The notes under the pieces are model-generated. The model saw only the letters and a list, made by a program, of their open reading frames with translations, searched no databases and had not been told where the DNA came from. From Actinomycetota bacterium (GTDB lineage Bacteria; Actinomycetota; Acidimicrobiia; Acidimicrobiales; SZUA-35), in assembly GCA_039201605.1 (NCBI GenBank), contig JBCCRO010000004.1, positions 53,327 to 117,326 on the forward strand: a stretch of 64,000 bases of DNA, read 5' to 3'. Position 1 is the stretch's first letter. Each line of letters starts with the position of its first letter. The position numbers were made by a program, and so were the translations under genes. This document shows positions 52,107-60,577 of the stretch, one piece after another.

Positions 52107-53227
52107 GCACGCGTATCCTCTTCGTCGACGACGAGCCGAACGTCCTCAGCGGGTTCAAGCGGGTGCTCCACCGCGAGTACGAGTTCGACACCGCCGTCGG
52201 CGGCGCCGAGGGCCTCGCCCTCATCGATCAGCACGAGTACGCCGTCGTCGTGTCCGACATGCGCATGCCGGAGATGAGCGGCGAGGAGTTCCTGGCCAAG
52301 GCCCACGAGCGCCAGCCCGACGCCGTGCAGATGATCCTCAGCGGCCAGGCGAACCTCGAGTCGACCGTGGCCGCCGTCAACAACGGCAACATCTTCCGCT
52401 TCCTGGTCAAGCCGGTCGAGAAGCCGGTCCTGACCGCCGCCCTCGACAGGGCCATCCGCCAGTACGGGTTGATCGAGGCCGAGAAGGAACTGCTGCAGAA
52501 GACCCTCTCGGGCGCCGTCGCCGCCCTGACCGAGGTGGTCACCCTGGTCAGCCCGTCGGTCAGTCGCCGCACCGGACATGTGGTGGCCGTCGCCGACCAC
52601 GTCGGCGCCGCCACCGGCATGGTCGACGACTGGCAGCTGCGCCTGGCCGCCATGCTGAGCGGCATCGGGTTCGCCGCCGTGCCAACCGAGATCATGGACA
52701 AGGCGGCCGCCAACCAGCCGCTCAACAGCCACGAGCAGGCCATGCTCGACAGTCACCCCGAGGTGACCGGGCGGCTGCTGGGGCCGATCCCCCGACTCGA
52801 AGGGGTGTCGTCGATCATCCGGGCCCAGGCCGGATCCACACCGGCTCCCGACGATCTGGCCCGCCAGGTCGAGGTGCTCGACATCGCCGTCGACGTGGCC
52901 AACCACCTCACCCAGGGTCTGTCGATCCACGCCGCCATCTTCGAGATCGAGAAGGCGGCGGGCCACGCCGCCAACCTGATCGAGGCCCTCCATACCCTGC
53001 CGATGTGCGAGGGCGGCACCGTCGAGGAGCTGCCTCTGCGGAGCCTCCAGCCCGGCATGGTGCTCCGTCAGGACGTCATGACGCAGTCGGGGCTCATGCT
53101 GGCCAGCGAGGGCACCTCGCTCACGGTGTCGCTGCTGGAGCGGATCCGCAACTTCTCCCAGTCGGCCGGGGTCGACGAGCCCATTCGCATCGAGTCGATC
53201 GAAGGCGCGAACGCCGCCGTTCGCTGA
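52103..53227 (+). CDS. Response regulator: REC + degenerate HD-GYP-like domain
   Basis: The REC motifs are ILFVDDE, VVVSDMRMPEMSG and FLVKP. The HD-related domain has LAAMLSGIGFAAVP where AAxLHDIGK is expected, and no HHE...GYP motif. The ATG overlaps the upstream stop in an ATGA. Confidence 0.75.
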   Translation: MSTRILFVDDEPNVLSGFKRVLHREYEFDTAVGGAEGLALIDQHEYAVVVSDMRMPEMSGEEFLAKAHERQPDAVQMILSGQANLESTVAAVNNGNIFRFLVKPVEKPVLTAALDRAIRQYGLIEAEKELLQKTLSGAVAALTEVVTLVSPSVSRRTGHVVAVADHVGAATGMVDDWQLRLAAMLSGIGFAAVPTEIMDKAAANQPLNSHEQAMLDSHPEVTGRLLGPIPRLEGVSSIIRAQAGSTPAPDDLARQVEVLDIAVDVANHLTQGLSIHAAIFEIEKAAGHAANLIEALHTLPMCEGGTVEELPLRSLQPGMVLRQDVMTQSGLMLASEGTSLTVSLLERIRNFSQSAGVDEPIRIESIEGANAAVR

Positions 53228-53233
53228 GCGGCC

Positions 53234-54484
53234 TCAGCCGTCGCTCCGGCGCACGCCGGTCAACAACACGACGTCGACGGCGTCGGGGTCGGCGTCGGCG
53301 TCGGACAGAGTGTCGGGGTCGGCGTCGGGCGCGTCCCCCTCGTCGAGCACGGTCAACAGGCCGGCCAGACCGGCGGCCCCGGTCTCGTCCGGCGGCGGGT
53401 CGAGCTGCGACCCCAGGCGGGCCGCCTCGACGAACGTCGTCTCCTCGACCGTGATCGCCCGGCCCCCGGTCGCCACCTGGTGGGCCAGCACGGTCCGCCA
53501 GTCGTAGGTGACGTCATCGAGGATGCCCGAGGCCACGCTGCGGGGGGTCTCCGGCCACGGCACCATCAGCGGGGCCTCGGCGGCGTCGAGGGCGGCGAGC
53601 ACCTCGGCCCGGACGGTGGCGGCATCGACGCCCGGTCGGGGCCCGATGCCGGACAGGATCGGCTCGGCCCGCCGCACGGCGGCGACGTAGGGGTGGGCGG
53701 CCGCGGCCTGCACGGGGTGCAGCGCCGGTACCCGGTAGAGCTCGGCGCGCACCAGACCGTCCATGACGGCGGTGGCCAGCGCCCCTCCCCCGATCTGGAT
53801 GAACAGTCGGCCGGCGGTGAGTCGACGCCGGCGGAGCTGCGCCGCCAGCTCCAACCCCAGGGTCCGACCCCCGTCGATCACGGCCGCCACCCGAGTGCCC
53901 TGCACGGTGAAGGGCAGCGCGCCCTCCGTGAGGGACTCGTCGAGGGCGTGGATGCACGGGTCGCCGTCGGGCCCGCCGGGTCGGCGGGCGCAGGTCGAGG
54001 TGCGGGCGTCGAGCCGCTCCAGCTCGGCCAGGACGGCGGGGTCGGCGTCGGTGGGGACGAACACCCGGAGCTCGCGCTCGGCGCTTCGGGCCACCAGGGC
54101 GGCGCCCAGCGCGGCGTTGCCGCAGGAGGCGATGGCCAGGGGCCGGGAGGCGAGGTCGGGTTGGGCCCGCTGATCGATCAACAGCCGGAGCAGCAGGCCG
54201 AACAGGTGACGGGCCTTGTGGCTCCCGCCGACCGAACCCGTCTCGACCTTCGCCACCACCGGCTGTGGCGGCGGTGTCGCCAGCCGTCGGCCGGCGTCCA
54301 AGGTCAGCTCGACCAGCGGGGTGACCCGGAAGCCGGTACCGGCCACCGCCGCCAGCCGATCGTCGGCTTCGGTGACCAGTTCCCGATAGCCGGCATCGTC
54401 GAGGCCGCACTCGAGGGCGTGGGCGTAGAGGTCGAGGTGGTGCCGAAAGGCGAGGAACGGGTTGTCGGCCCCGGTCACCGTCAT
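53234..54484 (-). CDS. Pyridoxal-phosphate-dependent enzyme (tryptophan synthase beta-like PALP fold)
   Basis: TGSVGGSHKARH holds the candidate PLP lysine. Also present are IASCGNAALGAA and IQIGGGALA, with an acidic low-complexity C-terminus. I moved the start to the ATG at 54484. Confidence 0.7.
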   Translation of the reverse strand: MTVTGADNPFLAFRHHLDLYAHALECGLDDAGYRELVTEADDRLAAVAGTGFRVTPLVELTLDAGRRLATPPPQPVVAKVETGSVGGSHKARHLFGLLLRLLIDQRAQPDLASRPLAIASCGNAALGAALVARSAERELRVFVPTDADPAVLAELERLDARTSTCARRPGGPDGDPCIHALDESLTEGALPFTVQGTRVAAVIDGGRTLGLELAAQLRRRRLTAGRLFIQIGGGALATAVMDGLVRAELYRVPALHPVQAAAAHPYVAAVRRAEPILSGIGPRPGVDAATVRAEVLAALDAAEAPLMVPWPETPRSVASGILDDVTYDWRTVLAHQVATGGRAITVEETTFVEAARLGSQLDPPPDETGAAGLAGLLTVLDEGDAPDADPDTLSDADADPDAVDVVLLTGVRRSDG

Positions 54485-54588
54485 CGGCCTGCGCTCCCCA
54501 TCACCGGTCGGGCCCCGGAGCGGTAAAAGGGAGGCGAAGCACGGCCGCAGGATAGTCTTGTTCGGCGCACAAGGGGTTTGGAGGCGGC

Positions 54589-55515
54589 GTGGTTCGATTC
54601 GACGAGAGCACATCGAAGAAGGGTCGACGCTACATACGCGACCAGCGGTCGCAGGGCGGCGGTCGGCGCAGTGGCGGGGTCGGGCGGCCGGTCGCCGCCG
54701 GTGGCGGACTGGTCGGCATCATCATCGCCATCCTCTTTGCCCTCTTCGGACTCGGCGGAGGAGGCACCACCGGACTCGACATCGACGGCGGCACCGGCCT
54801 CGATGCCGGCCCCCTCGACAGCGGTACCGGTACCACGGTTGTCGACCCCGACGCCGACACCGTCGACCTGATGTCGGCCCTGATGTTCGACATCCAGGAG
54901 ACGTGGGACATCTACTTCGACGAGGCCGGCCTCAACTACGAGTTCACCACGCTCACGATCTTCACCGACTCGGTCAACACCGGCTGCGGCCGGGCCACCT
55001 CGGCCGTCGGGCCCTTCTACTGCCCCGCCCCCAACGACCGAGGCGTCTACATCGACCTCGAGTTCTGGGACGAGTTGGCCGCCCGGTTCGGCGCTCCCGG
55101 CGACTTCGCCCAGTCCTACGTCATCGCCCACGAGGTCGGTCACCACATCCAGGCCATCACCGGCATCAGCGACGCCGTCCGCCAGGCCCAGGCCGAGAAC
55201 CCGTCGCAGAAGAACGAGTTCTCGATCCGCCAGGAGCTGCAGGCCGACTGTCTGGCCGGCGTGTGGGCCTTCTCGGCCAACCAGCGCCTCACCCGGGACA
55301 CCGGTAGGCCCATCATCGAGGAGGGCGACATCGAGGAGGGCCTGGCCGCCGCCGCCTCGGTGGGCGACGACCGGATCCAGGAGTCGGTCGGGGCCGACGT
55401 CAACCCCCACACGTGGACCCACGGGTCGTCGACGCAGCGGGTCCGATGGTTCCGTATCGGGTTCGAGACCGGCGACCCCGAGGCCTGCGACACGTTCGCG
55501 GCGGAGAACCCCTAG
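54589..55515 (+). CDS. YpfJ-type neutral zinc metallopeptidase
   Basis: It has an N-terminal TM helix, GPFYCP, the HExxH motif VIAHEVGHHIQ, ELQADCLAG and THGSSTQRVRWF. Confidence 0.88.
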   Translation: MVRFDESTSKKGRRYIRDQRSQGGGRRSGGVGRPVAAGGGLVGIIIAILFALFGLGGGGTTGLDIDGGTGLDAGPLDSGTGTTVVDPDADTVDLMSALMFDIQETWDIYFDEAGLNYEFTTLTIFTDSVNTGCGRATSAVGPFYCPAPNDRGVYIDLEFWDELAARFGAPGDFAQSYVIAHEVGHHIQAITGISDAVRQAQAENPSQKNEFSIRQELQADCLAGVWAFSANQRLTRDTGRPIIEEGDIEEGLAAAASVGDDRIQESVGADVNPHTWTHGSSTQRVRWFRIGFETGDPEACDTFAAENP

Positions 55516-55570
55516 CCCCGGTACCGCCGGGGTCGCTGCGGGGAGCCCGGCGGCGGCTCGGTGGTTCCGC

Positions 55571-56491
55571 CTAGGCGGTGGCCAGTGCGGCCGCGATCCG
55601 GGCGGCGATGGCGGCGTTGTTCTCGGCCAGGGCGAGGTTGGCGGCGATGACGCGCCCGCCGCTCAGCTCGGCCAGGTGACCGAGGACGGCGGGGGTGACG
55701 GCGGGGCCGGTGACGCCCTCCTCGACCGCCAGGGCGTCGGCCCGACGCGAGAGGTCGAGCATGTCGTCGAGTTCGAGACCGTCGGCCTCCGGGACCGGGG
55801 CCACGACGAGGAGACCACCGCCACCGAGGGCCCAGTGCCGTCGGGCCGCCTCGGCCACCTCGGCCGCCGTGTCAACCCGATGGTCGAGGGCGATCCCGCT
55901 CGAGGGCACATGGAAGGCGGGGAACTCGTCGCACCGCCAGCCCAGTACCGGCACCGATCGGGTCTCCAGGTACTCCAGGGTGCGGGGTAGGTCGAGGAAG
56001 ATCTTGGCTCCGGCCGACACCGTGATCACCCGATGCTCGGCCAGGGCGTCGAGGTCGGCGCTGATGTCGCCGGTGGTGGCGGCGTCGTGGTGCACGCCCC
56101 CGATCCCGCCGGTGGCGAACACCCGGCACCCGGCCGCCGCCGCCAGCCGCACCGAGGCCGACACCGTGGTGGCGCCGTAGGGCCACGCCTGGGCGGCGGC
56201 GACCCCGAGGTCGCGGGCGGCCACCTTGCGGGCCGGGCCGCAGATCGTGTCCACCGCCGACTCGGGCACGCCGATCGTCGGACTCCCGGCCAGGACGGCG
56301 GTGAGGGCTGGAAGGGCGCCTCCGCCGCGCACCGCCTCGAAACAACGGGTCAGGGCGTCCCGGTTGTGGGGCGCCGGCAGGCCGAGCTCGGAGAAGATCG
56401 TCGACTCGAGGGCCACGACGGCCTCACCGGCGGCCAACGCCTCGGCGACGCCGGGCCCGTGGTCGATCGGCGAGGGCGCGGGGTGTGTCAT
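55571..56491 (-). CDS. psuG: Pseudouridine-5'-phosphate glycosidase
   Basis: VVALESTIFSELGLP, YGATTVSASVRLAAAAG, FATGGIGGVH and ISADL match the IndA/PsuG family. Confidence 0.92.
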   Translation of the reverse strand: MTHPAPSPIDHGPGVAEALAAGEAVVALESTIFSELGLPAPHNRDALTRCFEAVRGGGALPALTAVLAGSPTIGVPESAVDTICGPARKVAARDLGVAAAQAWPYGATTVSASVRLAAAAGCRVFATGGIGGVHHDAATTGDISADLDALAEHRVITVSAGAKIFLDLPRTLEYLETRSVPVLGWRCDEFPAFHVPSSGIALDHRVDTAAEVAEAARRHWALGGGGLLVVAPVPEADGLELDDMLDLSRRADALAVEEGVTGPAVTPAVLGHLAELSGGRVIAANLALAENNAAIAARIAAALATA

Positions 56492-56793
56492 CGACAGGCC
56501 AGGGCGGCCGCCGTCACCGCCGGCTCGACCCGGCTCACCTCGGTCTCGAGCACGCGGGGGTTGGTGAAGTCCGACGCCAGGCCGTCGAGGGTGGTGTCGG
56601 AGAGCCCGGTGGCCAGCAGCTCATCGGCGATACAGAGCGCCTCTTCGGGGGTGACGGCGTTGTCGGGGTCGTCGGCGGTCGAGGCGAGGATGGCCTCGGC
56701 CAGACGCTCGGACGACGGGCGGGTGGCGCAGGCCGACAGCGTCACCGTCCCCAGGACGAGCAGCACGGCGACACCGAGTCGTGATCGAAGCAT
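56488..56793 (-). CDS. Putative lipoprotein
   Basis: The signal peptide has a lipobox (LVLGTVTLSAC). The 101-aa ORF's stop overlaps the psuG start in an ATGA. Confidence 0.6.
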   Translation of the reverse strand: MLRSRLGVAVLLVLGTVTLSACATRPSSERLAEAILASTADDPDNAVTPEEALCIADELLATGLSDTTLDGLASDFTNPRVLETEVSRVEPAVTAAALACR

Positions 56794-56817
56794 ACGTCGA
56801 AGGTGGGAGGCGGGCCG

Positions 56818-57261
56818 CTAGCCCTCGGCCGCCGCCGCGTCGGTGTCGAGGGCGGCGAGGAGCCTGTCGACGAACTCCTCGGCGCCACCGGCCAGGTCGT
56901 CGCGCTTGATGGCGTAGCCGCCGATCACTTCGCCGCCGCGCTCGCCGATGACCCGGGACATGATCGGGAGCGTCTTGCCCACCCGGATGGCGTACGTGCA
57001 GTACACGGCGGCCTTCTTGCCGTCGATGACGGGCAGGTTGGCCAGGCGACCGATGCGGCCCGGCTTCTGCCCGAACAGGAACAACCCGTCGGTCCAGCTG
57101 CCGACGACGACCAGGTCGGCCTCGGACAGCGATTGATGGTGGATCTCCGTGATGGGGCAGGCGACGGCCTCGACCCCGGAGCGGCTCAAGCCGCTGGCGA
57201 TCAGGTGGCCGGCGTCGCGGGTGTTGCCGGTGAGGCTCTCGTAGATGACGATGGCTTTCAT
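56818..57261 (-). CDS. Flavodoxin-like protein
   Basis: MKAIVIYESLTGNTRDAGHLIA...DLVVVGSW. I moved the start to the ATG at 57261. The rest of the 264-aa track ORF is spurious. Confidence 0.8.
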   Translation of the reverse strand: MKAIVIYESLTGNTRDAGHLIASGLSRSGVEAVACPITEIHHQSLSEADLVVVGSWTDGLFLFGQKPGRIGRLANLPVIDGKKAAVYCTYAIRVGKTLPIMSRVIGERGGEVIGGYAIKRDDLAGGAEEFVDRLLAALDTDAAAAEG

Positions 57262-57417
57262 GGCTGGTGAAACCTCTTCGCTACGGGGGGGGTCAAACGG
57301 GCCCCGGCGGCCCGCCCTCGGCGCAAAATCCTGCTCGAAAGGTAGCAGACGGGTGACCTTTCGAGACCAGACCGGCGGATTGGCGGGCTCGGCGCCACCG
57401 GCCAGTACGCTGCGGTC

Positions 57418-57684
57418 ATGGGACACCGGATCGACATCACCTACTGCGTTCCCTGAGACTATTCCGCACGCGCCGTGAGCGCGGCTCAGGACCTCCTCAC
57501 CAACTACCAGCACATCATCGATGAGCTGCGGTTCGTGATGGGCGGCGGCGGTGTGTTCGATGTGACCGTCGACGGTGAGACCATCTACTCCAAGGGCGAG
57601 ACCGGCCGGCACGCCGACGACGGTGAGGTGCTGCGGCTCTTCACCGATCGCTTCGGTGCCGAGGTGGCCCGATACGGCACCTGA
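57418..57684 (+). CDS. SelW/Rdx-family selenoprotein with a CxxU redox motif. In-frame UGA (Sec) at 57454-57456.
   Basis: Hand translation from the ATG at 57418 gives MGHRIDITYCVP-[TGA]-DYSARAVSAAQDLLTNYQHIIDELRFVMGGGGVFDVTVDGETIYSKGETGRH.... The TGA is in frame with track ORF 57475-57684. The sequence fits the Rdx pattern (I-x-Y-C-x-x-C/U ... GGxFxVxVDG...S). A hairpin follows the TGA. Confidence 0.75.
57466..57485 (+). promoter_or_regulatory. Candidate bacterial SECIS hairpin
   Basis: The structure is gc-a-cgcgc [CGUGA] gcgcg-gc: 7 bp with a bulged A and a GU-containing 5-nt apical loop. The loop starts 18 nt after the UGA. Confidence 0.5.
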
Positions 57685-58505
57685 TCCGGGTCGACGACCC
57701 GGTCGACCCTCGCATCGAGGTCTTCCAGGGTCTGCGTGACCACGTGCTGCGCCGACGTCGGGAGGAACCCGGCGGCGACATGGACGGCGTCTTCGTGGCC
57801 GAGGGCGACATCGTCGTCGAACGCGCCGTCGCCGCCGGCTACCGCCTGAGCTCGATCCTGATCGACGGCAAGCGGCGCAAACCGCTCCCCGACGCCGTCG
57901 GTCCCGACGTGCCGGTGTACGCCGCCGGGCCCGAGGTGCTCCAGCGCATCACCGGCTACCACCTCCACCGAGGGATGCTGGCCTGCTTCCATCGGCGACC
58001 CGTGCCGACGGCGGCCGAGATCCTGCCCGGCCTGCGGACGGTGACCGTCATCGAGGGGGTGAACAACCCGACCAACCTCGGCGTGATCCTGCGCTGTGCC
58101 GCCGGTCTCGACGTCGGAGGGTTCCTGCTCGACCCGACCTGCTGCGATCCCCTCTATCGCCGGTCGGCCCGGGTGTCGATGGGCGAGGCCTTCGCCCTTC
58201 CCTACGCCCGACTCGACCCGCTCCCCGACGGGCTGGCCCCCGTTCGGGACCTCGGCATGCGGGTCCTGGCCCTCACCCCGGCCGCCGATGCGGTCGACAT
58301 CGGCGAACTCGAGCTCACGCCGACCGAAACGGTGGCCCTGATGCTCGGCGCCGAGGGACCGGGACTGACCGACGTGGCGTTGGCCGCAGCCGACGTGCGG
58401 GTGCGGATCCCGATGTCGGGCACGGTCGACTCGATCAACGTCGGCTCGGCCGCCGCCGTGGCCTTCTTCGCCGTGCTGCAGGCCCGCCGCCGTCGGAGGG
58501 CCTGA
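57681..58505 (+). CDS. TrmH/SpoU family RNA 2'-O-methyltransferase, probably with a non-canonical CTG start
   Basis: The SpoU motifs are GVNNPTNLGVILR, LMLGAEGPGL and IPMSGTVDSINVGSAAAVA. A conserved-looking N-terminus, (L)IRVDDPVDPRIEVFQGLRDHVLRRRRE, is encoded upstream of the first canonical start (GTG at 57744). The frame is open only from 57627. CTG at 57681 forms a CTGA overlap with the SelW stop. Confidence 0.75.
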   Translation: MIRVDDPVDPRIEVFQGLRDHVLRRRREEPGGDMDGVFVAEGDIVVERAVAAGYRLSSILIDGKRRKPLPDAVGPDVPVYAAGPEVLQRITGYHLHRGMLACFHRRPVPTAAEILPGLRTVTVIEGVNNPTNLGVILRCAAGLDVGGFLLDPTCCDPLYRRSARVSMGEAFALPYARLDPLPDGLAPVRDLGMRVLALTPAADAVDIGELELTPTETVALMLGAEGPGLTDVALAAADVRVRIPMSGTVDSINVGSAAAVAFFAVLQARRRRRA

Positions 58506-58558
58506 GCGCCCGGCCGAGGTCACCCTCCCGGCCCGGTCCACCAGCTTCGGCCGTCGAC

Positions 58559-59428
58559 TCACCGGTAGCGGTCGACGGCCTCCGAAGTGGCCCCGACGTA
58601 TCCGCCGCCGAACTTGACGGCGTGGACGGCGAGCGGGGCCAACTGGTGGAGGGCCACCCGGTCGGCCCAACCGTCGGCCAGGGGCCAGACCTCGTGGTAG
58701 GCGGCGAACGCATCCTCCGCCCACCCGCCGAACAGCCGCATCATGGCTAGGTCGAACTCCCGATGGCCACCGTGGGCCGCCGGATCGATCAGCCAGTTGC
58801 GACCGGAGACGTCGACCAGACGGTTCCCGGCCCAGAGGTCGCCGTGGAGTCGGGCCGGTGGCTCCTCGGCCGGGGCCAGCGCCTCCAGCCGATCGGCGAT
58901 CGACGCCAGCCCCTCGATGGTGGCCGCCGGCAGGGACCCGGTGTCGGTGGCGAGGCGGGCAAGTGGTCGGAGCCGATTGTCGGCATAGGACGCAGCCCAC
59001 GTGTCCCGGGGCTCGTTCGGCAGACCACGGCTGCCGGTGGTCCGGCGGTCGGCTCGACCGAAGCACGGGGCCCCGGACCGGTGGAGGGCGGCCAGGGCCC
59101 GGCCGAAGGCGACGTCGGAACCCGGACGGCGACCGGTCTCGTCGATCCAGGCCAGGACCAGCAGCGGCCGCTCCTCCCCCACCGCCAACACCTCGGGCAC
59201 GGCCAGCGCCTCGGGCTCCCGCAGCCAGCGCAGGCCCTCGGCCTCGGTGAGGAAGAACTCGGGCGAGGCCCCGGCCTTGGTCTTGGCGAACACCGTGCGC
59301 CCGTCGGCCAATTCGAGCCGGAACGACGCCGCCACGTCCCCGCCCCCGAGGGCCGTACCGCCACTCACCTCGGCATCGAGGGCGGCGGCCACGTCGGCGG
59401 CCACCACCGGGTCGAGCCGGCCCCTCAC
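58559..59428 (-). CDS. Fructosamine kinase family protein
   Basis: FAKTK..., LHGDLWAGN, LIDPAAHGGHREFDLAM. I moved the start to GTG at 59428, in a GTGA overlap with the HAD gene stop. Confidence 0.85.
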   Translation of the reverse strand: MRGRLDPVVAADVAAALDAEVSGGTALGGGDVAASFRLELADGRTVFAKTKAGASPEFFLTEAEGLRWLREPEALAVPEVLAVGEERPLLVLAWIDETGRRPGSDVAFGRALAALHRSGAPCFGRADRRTTGSRGLPNEPRDTWAASYADNRLRPLARLATDTGSLPAATIEGLASIADRLEALAPAEEPPARLHGDLWAGNRLVDVSGRNWLIDPAAHGGHREFDLAMMRLFGGWAEDAFAAYHEVWPLADGWADRVALHQLAPLAVHAVKFGGGYVGATSEAVDRYR

Positions 59429-60033
59429 GAGGGCTCGGGGCGAGGATGGAGGCCGCAGGCCCGCAGATGCCCCCGGAAGGCGGGGAGGCCGGTGTAGGGC
59501 TCGGCCGTCATGCCCAGCTCTCGGGCGCCGGTGAGCTTGCTCGGCGAGTCGTCGGTGAAGAACACCTCGGCCGGCTCGACCCCCAGGCGCTCGCACACGA
59601 TGGCGAACGCCCGCCGGTCGGGCTTGGCCACCCCCAGCTCGGCCGAGTTGAAGATGGCATCCACCCGGCGAGGCAGGTCGAGGGCGGCCACCTCATCGGC
59701 CACGGTGTCGGTGCCGTTGGTGAGGATCGCCACCGTGACCCCGGCCGCCCGTAGCCGGTCGACCTCGGCCAGCAGTTCGTGGTCGAGATGAGCATCGACC
59801 CCGGTCCAGGCGGCGGCGGCTTCGGCGTCGCCCAGGCGTCGGCCGATCTCGGCCACCCACGCCGCCCTGGTCAGCCGGCCGATCACCAGCGGACCCATCA
59901 GCTCGGGGTCGACGGCGATGGCGGCGATGCGGCCCGGCTCCAGGCTGTGGCGTCGCTCCACCTCGGCCTGGGCGTCGGCGTCGAAGAACCGGACGACGCC
60001 GTCGAGATCGAGGAGCAGGGTCGTCGTCGCCAC
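59425..60033 (-). CDS. HAD family hydrolase
   Basis: Motif I is LLLDLDGV, motif II is ILTNG, and the last motif is FFTDD. Confidence 0.85.
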   Translation of the reverse strand: MATTTLLLDLDGVVRFFDADAQAEVERRHSLEPGRIAAIAVDPELMGPLVIGRLTRAAWVAEIGRRLGDAEAAAAWTGVDAHLDHELLAEVDRLRAAGVTVAILTNGTDTVADEVAALDLPRRVDAIFNSAELGVAKPDRRAFAIVCERLGVEPAEVFFTDDSPSKLTGARELGMTAEPYTGLPAFRGHLRACGLHPRPEPS

Positions 60034-60087
60034 CCGATCAGTATGCAGGGCGCGGTTCGACCTCGCCGACCGTCACCCCGGGCGGCG

Positions 60088-60459
60088 CTACTGGCGGTAG
60101 CGGTACGGCTCCCATTCACGGGGGCGCTGTCCCCGGATCCACTCGAAGCTCAGGAGGGCGGCGTCGTTCCCACCGGGCGCGATGTGGATCAGGTTGCCGC
60201 CCACCCGGCGCCGGGTGGTGGAGATGGCGAGCGCGCCGGTCGGCCATTCGGCCAGGAGCCGGGCCCGGCGGGTCAGCCGCCCGCCCATCACCACCAGCAA
60301 CCGTCGGTCGGTCAGACCGAGGTGGAGTATCCCTCGGGGCGACCGGGCCAGCGCCTCGCCGCCCTCGACCAGCTGCACCTCGGACGCCACCCGCAGCAGC
60401 TCGGACGCATCGAGGATCCGCCCACGGGTGCGCTCCAGGTAGGTGCGAGGGGCGGGCAC
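60088..60459 (-). CDS. Hypothetical protein (123 aa)
   Basis: The start is GTG at 60459, preceded by a GGAGGAG ribosome-binding site. The sequence VPAPRTYLERTRGRILDASELL...LIHIAPGGNDAALLSFEW fits no family I can name with confidence. Confidence 0.5.
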   Translation of the reverse strand: MPAPRTYLERTRGRILDASELLRVASEVQLVEGGEALARSPRGILHLGLTDRRLLVVMGGRLTRRARLLAEWPTGALAISTTRRRVGGNLIHIAPGGNDAALLSFEWIRGQRPREWEPYRYRQ

Positions 60460-60577
60460 GGCGGTCTCCTCCGGTCGATCGCTGGTCGTCACCCGCCTCG
60501 TCGGCCGAAACGGGGCGAATGTGAGCGGTGGCGGCCGGTTGCGTCGAGGATGTGCGCCCCTTCGTAGACTTGAGGTG

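Noticed and set aside
57454-57456. The alternative reading that TGA 57454 is an ordinary stop ending a 12-codon upstream mini-ORF, with the real gene starting at GTG 57475.
   Set aside because: That reading would delete the family's defining N-terminal beta-strand and redox motif. The TGA falls exactly at the second redox position (C-x-x-U), is in frame with the downstream ORF, and is followed by a suitably placed hairpin. I kept it as a caveat, since the Sec machinery is not visible in this window.
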